A DNA stretch of 63,997 nt, counting the filler, from Asterionella formosa (lineage: Eukaryota), in NCBI GenBank assembly GCA_002256025.1. It is 4 parts of 4 records of this genome, joined end to end, with 100 filler letters (N's around TTAATTAATTAA, not from the genome) between each part and the next. Parts side by side here need not be neighbours in the genome. Positions count along the whole stretch, not along the records: positions 48,103 to 63,997 come from NKIB01005219.1; 3 more parts are not named here. One strand, given 5' to 3'. Position 1 is the stretch's first letter. Each line of letters opens with the position of its first letter. The notes below the pieces were generated by a model. That model was given only the letters and a program-made list of their open reading frames with translations, searched no databases and was not told where the DNA came from. Made by a program: the position numbers and the translations under genes. Of this stretch, positions 61,639 through 63,997 are shown in pieces.

Positions 61639-62545
61639 GTTGCGTATTTACTGGGAGAACATCGGAAACCTGTTGACCACTTGCATCTGCAAGACAAACG
61701 CCACCAACACAGCATTCGCTGGATGAAGTACATCCAGCCCAGCGAGCAGTACATGATCGACGAGTGCTTGGGTCTATGAAAAATCCGCTGCAGAAATTAC
61801 AATTCTGGGCATTTTGGTTGCACCATTTGTCATCCCCACAAGTAGCCAAATCCCAAGAACAACAGAACTGGGGAACTTTGCACTGCTTGTACCACTGGTC
61901 CAGACGCGTGCATACAGATTGGCCGCAGCAAGTGTCATTGACAGTCCCTTCTGAACCGTCAGGAACAATGTTACACTGGCCCCAAAGATTTATGCACATA
62001 TTGCGATTTGTGGGAACTATCCACGATCCTGTACACTGCCGACAGTTCTGCGAACTCATGGCACACCAATCAGCGACATTCGAGGAATAGGCACAATCTT
62101 TCAAGTTATAGGAGCAACACGAAGGAGCCACTACTGGAGTCGGATTTGCAGTAGGGAGACTAGTTGGTGCAAGGGTAGGTGTTTTGGATGGAGGAAGGGC
62201 AGGTGTAGTGGTTGGTGAACGGGTAGGTGTAGTGGTTGGTGAACGGGTAGGTGTAGTGGTTGGTGCTAGGGTAGGTGTAGTGGTTGGTGGCAGGTAGGTG
62301 TAGTGGTTGGGAAAACGGATAGGTGTAGTGGTTGGCTGGGTGGTTGGCTCAGTGGTAGGTTTGCTCGTGGGCTGGGCGATAGGAAAAATAGTTGGTTGGC
62401 TCGTCGTAGGCTGGGTGGTAGGGTTGCTAGTTGGCTGGGTGGTAGGTTCGCTTGTGGGTTGAATGATAGGGTTGCTCGTAGGCTGGGTGGTAGGAACAGA
62501 GGTAGGTTCGCTTGTGGGTTGAATGGTAGGGTTTCCATTTTTCAT
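61604..62545 (-). CDS. Pro/Thr-rich mucin-like stalk plus two Cys-rich modules (one CBM1-like), 313 aa, no signal peptide
   Basis: PTxxPTxx repeats. CCSY/W..C...WC....NC..C.G.W/FI modules x2. LWGQC...CC...VC....WYKQC resembles CBM1. Confidence 0.7.
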   Translation of the reverse strand: MKNGNPTIQPTSEPTSVPTTQPTSNPIIQPTSEPTTQPTSNPTTQPTTSQPTIFPIAQPTSKPTTEPTTQPTTTPIRFPNHYTYLPPTTTPTLAPTTTPTRSPTTTPTRSPTTTPALPPSKTPTLAPTSLPTANPTPVVAPSCCSYNLKDCAYSSNVADWCAMSSQNCRQCTGSWIVPTNRNMCINLWGQCNIVPDGSEGTVNDTCCGQSVCTRLDQWYKQCKVPQFCCSWDLATCGDDKWCNQNAQNCNFCSGFFIDPSTRRSCTARWAGCTSSSECCVGGVCLADASGQQVSDVLPVNTQPTLPPKNRVLP

Positions 62546-63688
62546 TTTTTTTCATTTCTCGGTTATATACATAGATATATTTTTTACTCTTTCGTTATTG
62601 TTAGTGCGGAGTGCGAATGCATCGATTTATAAAGAGGAACAAAATGTACGGGTATGTTGTTCCGATTTATCACCTGGTACCCGGTTCCATACATGGATCT
62701 GCCGGTGCCGGAAAATTTCATGGGCCTGAAGATATAAATTTAGTGTCATGTACTACATTTTCTGCCATTCATGGCCTGTCTATGGGGTTACGCGACATAC
62801 TTTATTGAAGCCTGCGATACCTGTAGTTGTGTGATCCCGTGTGTTAAACTGGTCATCCTGGTTTTTAAGTACCGGTACGTACCTACCGGCACCGGTTGTA
62901 GAGTTTGCCACTGACAAATTTATGTGAAGGATCACGCTACGGGGCTCCCAATAACTACCGGGGTATTAGCTGTCGCTGCACGATCCGAAACCTGATTCCA
63001 GTAACGAGAAAAACGTACAAGGTACAGCTTGTAGAAAGGGGAGTACCTAAATGATAGCTTTGAGTATCCTTGTCGATTGCATATATCCACAGACAATCGT
63101 GATGTAGGTATCTGTCCAGTGTACAGTGCAGAATTTGTACGATTGGCGTCTGACAGGATCGAAAAGGTTACCGGTACTTACTGTCAATACATATTAACTT
63201 GTAAGCTCCCTTTCAAAATACTCAGCGGTACTTCGGCCATTAGCCAAAACGAGTATCGGTACATGAGAATGGTGTTCGTAGGATGACTTTTGTGAGTTTC
63301 AACGAATCTCATATGGTATCGCGGCACCGGTACGTATATCCCGGCACGCCAGGATGTCCCGTTTAACACACGGGATCACACAACTACAGGTATCGTAGGT
63401 TTCAATAAATTTATGTCGCGTAACACCATAGACAGGTCATGAATGGCAGAAAATGTAGTACATGACACTAAATTTATATCTTCAGGCCCATGAAATTATC
63501 CGGCATCGGCAGATCCATGTATGGTACCAGGTACCGGGTACCAGGTGATAAATCGGAACAACATACTGGTACATTTTGTTCCTCCTTATAAATCGATGCA
63601 TTCGCACTTCGCACTAACAATAACGAAACAGCAAAAGATATATCGATGCATATAACCGAGAAAGCAAAAAAATGAAAATTGGAAACCC
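62529..63688. repeat. Large inverted repeat: arms 62529-62861 and 63349-63688, 487-bp spacer
   Basis: The arms are highly similar reverse complements. Each includes a TTATAAA box and the first 6 codons ATGAAAA(A/T)TGGAAACCC. Confidence 0.95.
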
Positions 63689-63997
63689 GTTCATCGGCGC
63701 AGCCTTGGCATTGCTCTTGGTTCTCGCTACTGCACAGAACGAGTCGGTAGGTCCCTTATTGCACTTTATGCTTGTTAATCATTAAAGTATTATATCAAAA
63801 CAGGAAATAACATTCTTCTCGTCATTAGGGCCTGCCCGGAGTTGAAAAGCAAGTTGGAGAATGTCTCTACTGTGATGTTGGAGTCATTCATGTCATGATG
63901 GCTGATCGAGTGCCCTCATCAACTTACCGCTGTATAACTGACGAGACCCAGGAAGGTGATGGAGAATCGGAGATGGCATATTCTATGGACCTCCCGA
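63672..63997 (+). CDS. Secreted protein, 5' part only (exon 63672-63746, intron 63747-63828, exon 63829 to window end)
   Basis: Signal peptide MKIGNPFIGAALALLLVLATA. GTAGGT...TTAG intron. Exon 2 (GLPGVEKQVGECLYCDV...YSMDLP) is open to the end of the window. Confidence 0.75.

Overview
Eukaryotic nuclear DNA from a diatom. The evidence is short GT-AG introns, bipartite plastid presequences with the ASAFAP-type motif, the diatom photosystem I subunit PsaR/Psa28 and a diatom-type cyclin. The window is not contiguous: four scaffolds (15,966, 15,930, 15,906 and 15,895 bp, in descending size) are joined by artificial N44-TTAATTAATTAA-N44 linkers, so adjacency across them means nothing. Scaffolds 1-3 are gene-dense. 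They carry an LTA4H-type M1 aminopeptidase, plastid acetylornithine aminotransferase, an unassigned FAD-dependent enzyme, a protein kinase, PFK-2/FBPase-2, PsaR, a Sec14 protein, a GRIP golgin, TOP6A/SPO11-3, a cyclin, a Tom22 candidate, an SCI1-like protein, tRNA-Ile(AAT), an HMG-like protein, proteasome beta-1, a GST-like protein, an LRR membrane protein and poly(A) polymerase. Scaffold 4 is mostly transposon and repeat debris: a pogo-like DDE relic, a ~197-bp tandem array and a Plavaka relic. It ends in a head-to-head gene pair driven by a ~335-bp inverted duplicated promoter, and one copy appears to have lost its signal peptide and core by microhomology-mediated deletion. Across all four scaffolds, GTAC/GGTACC/ACCGGT palindromes and (CCAGGTA)n heptamers cluster at 5' and divergent promoter regions. 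Family assignments come from motif recognition only; no database searches were run.
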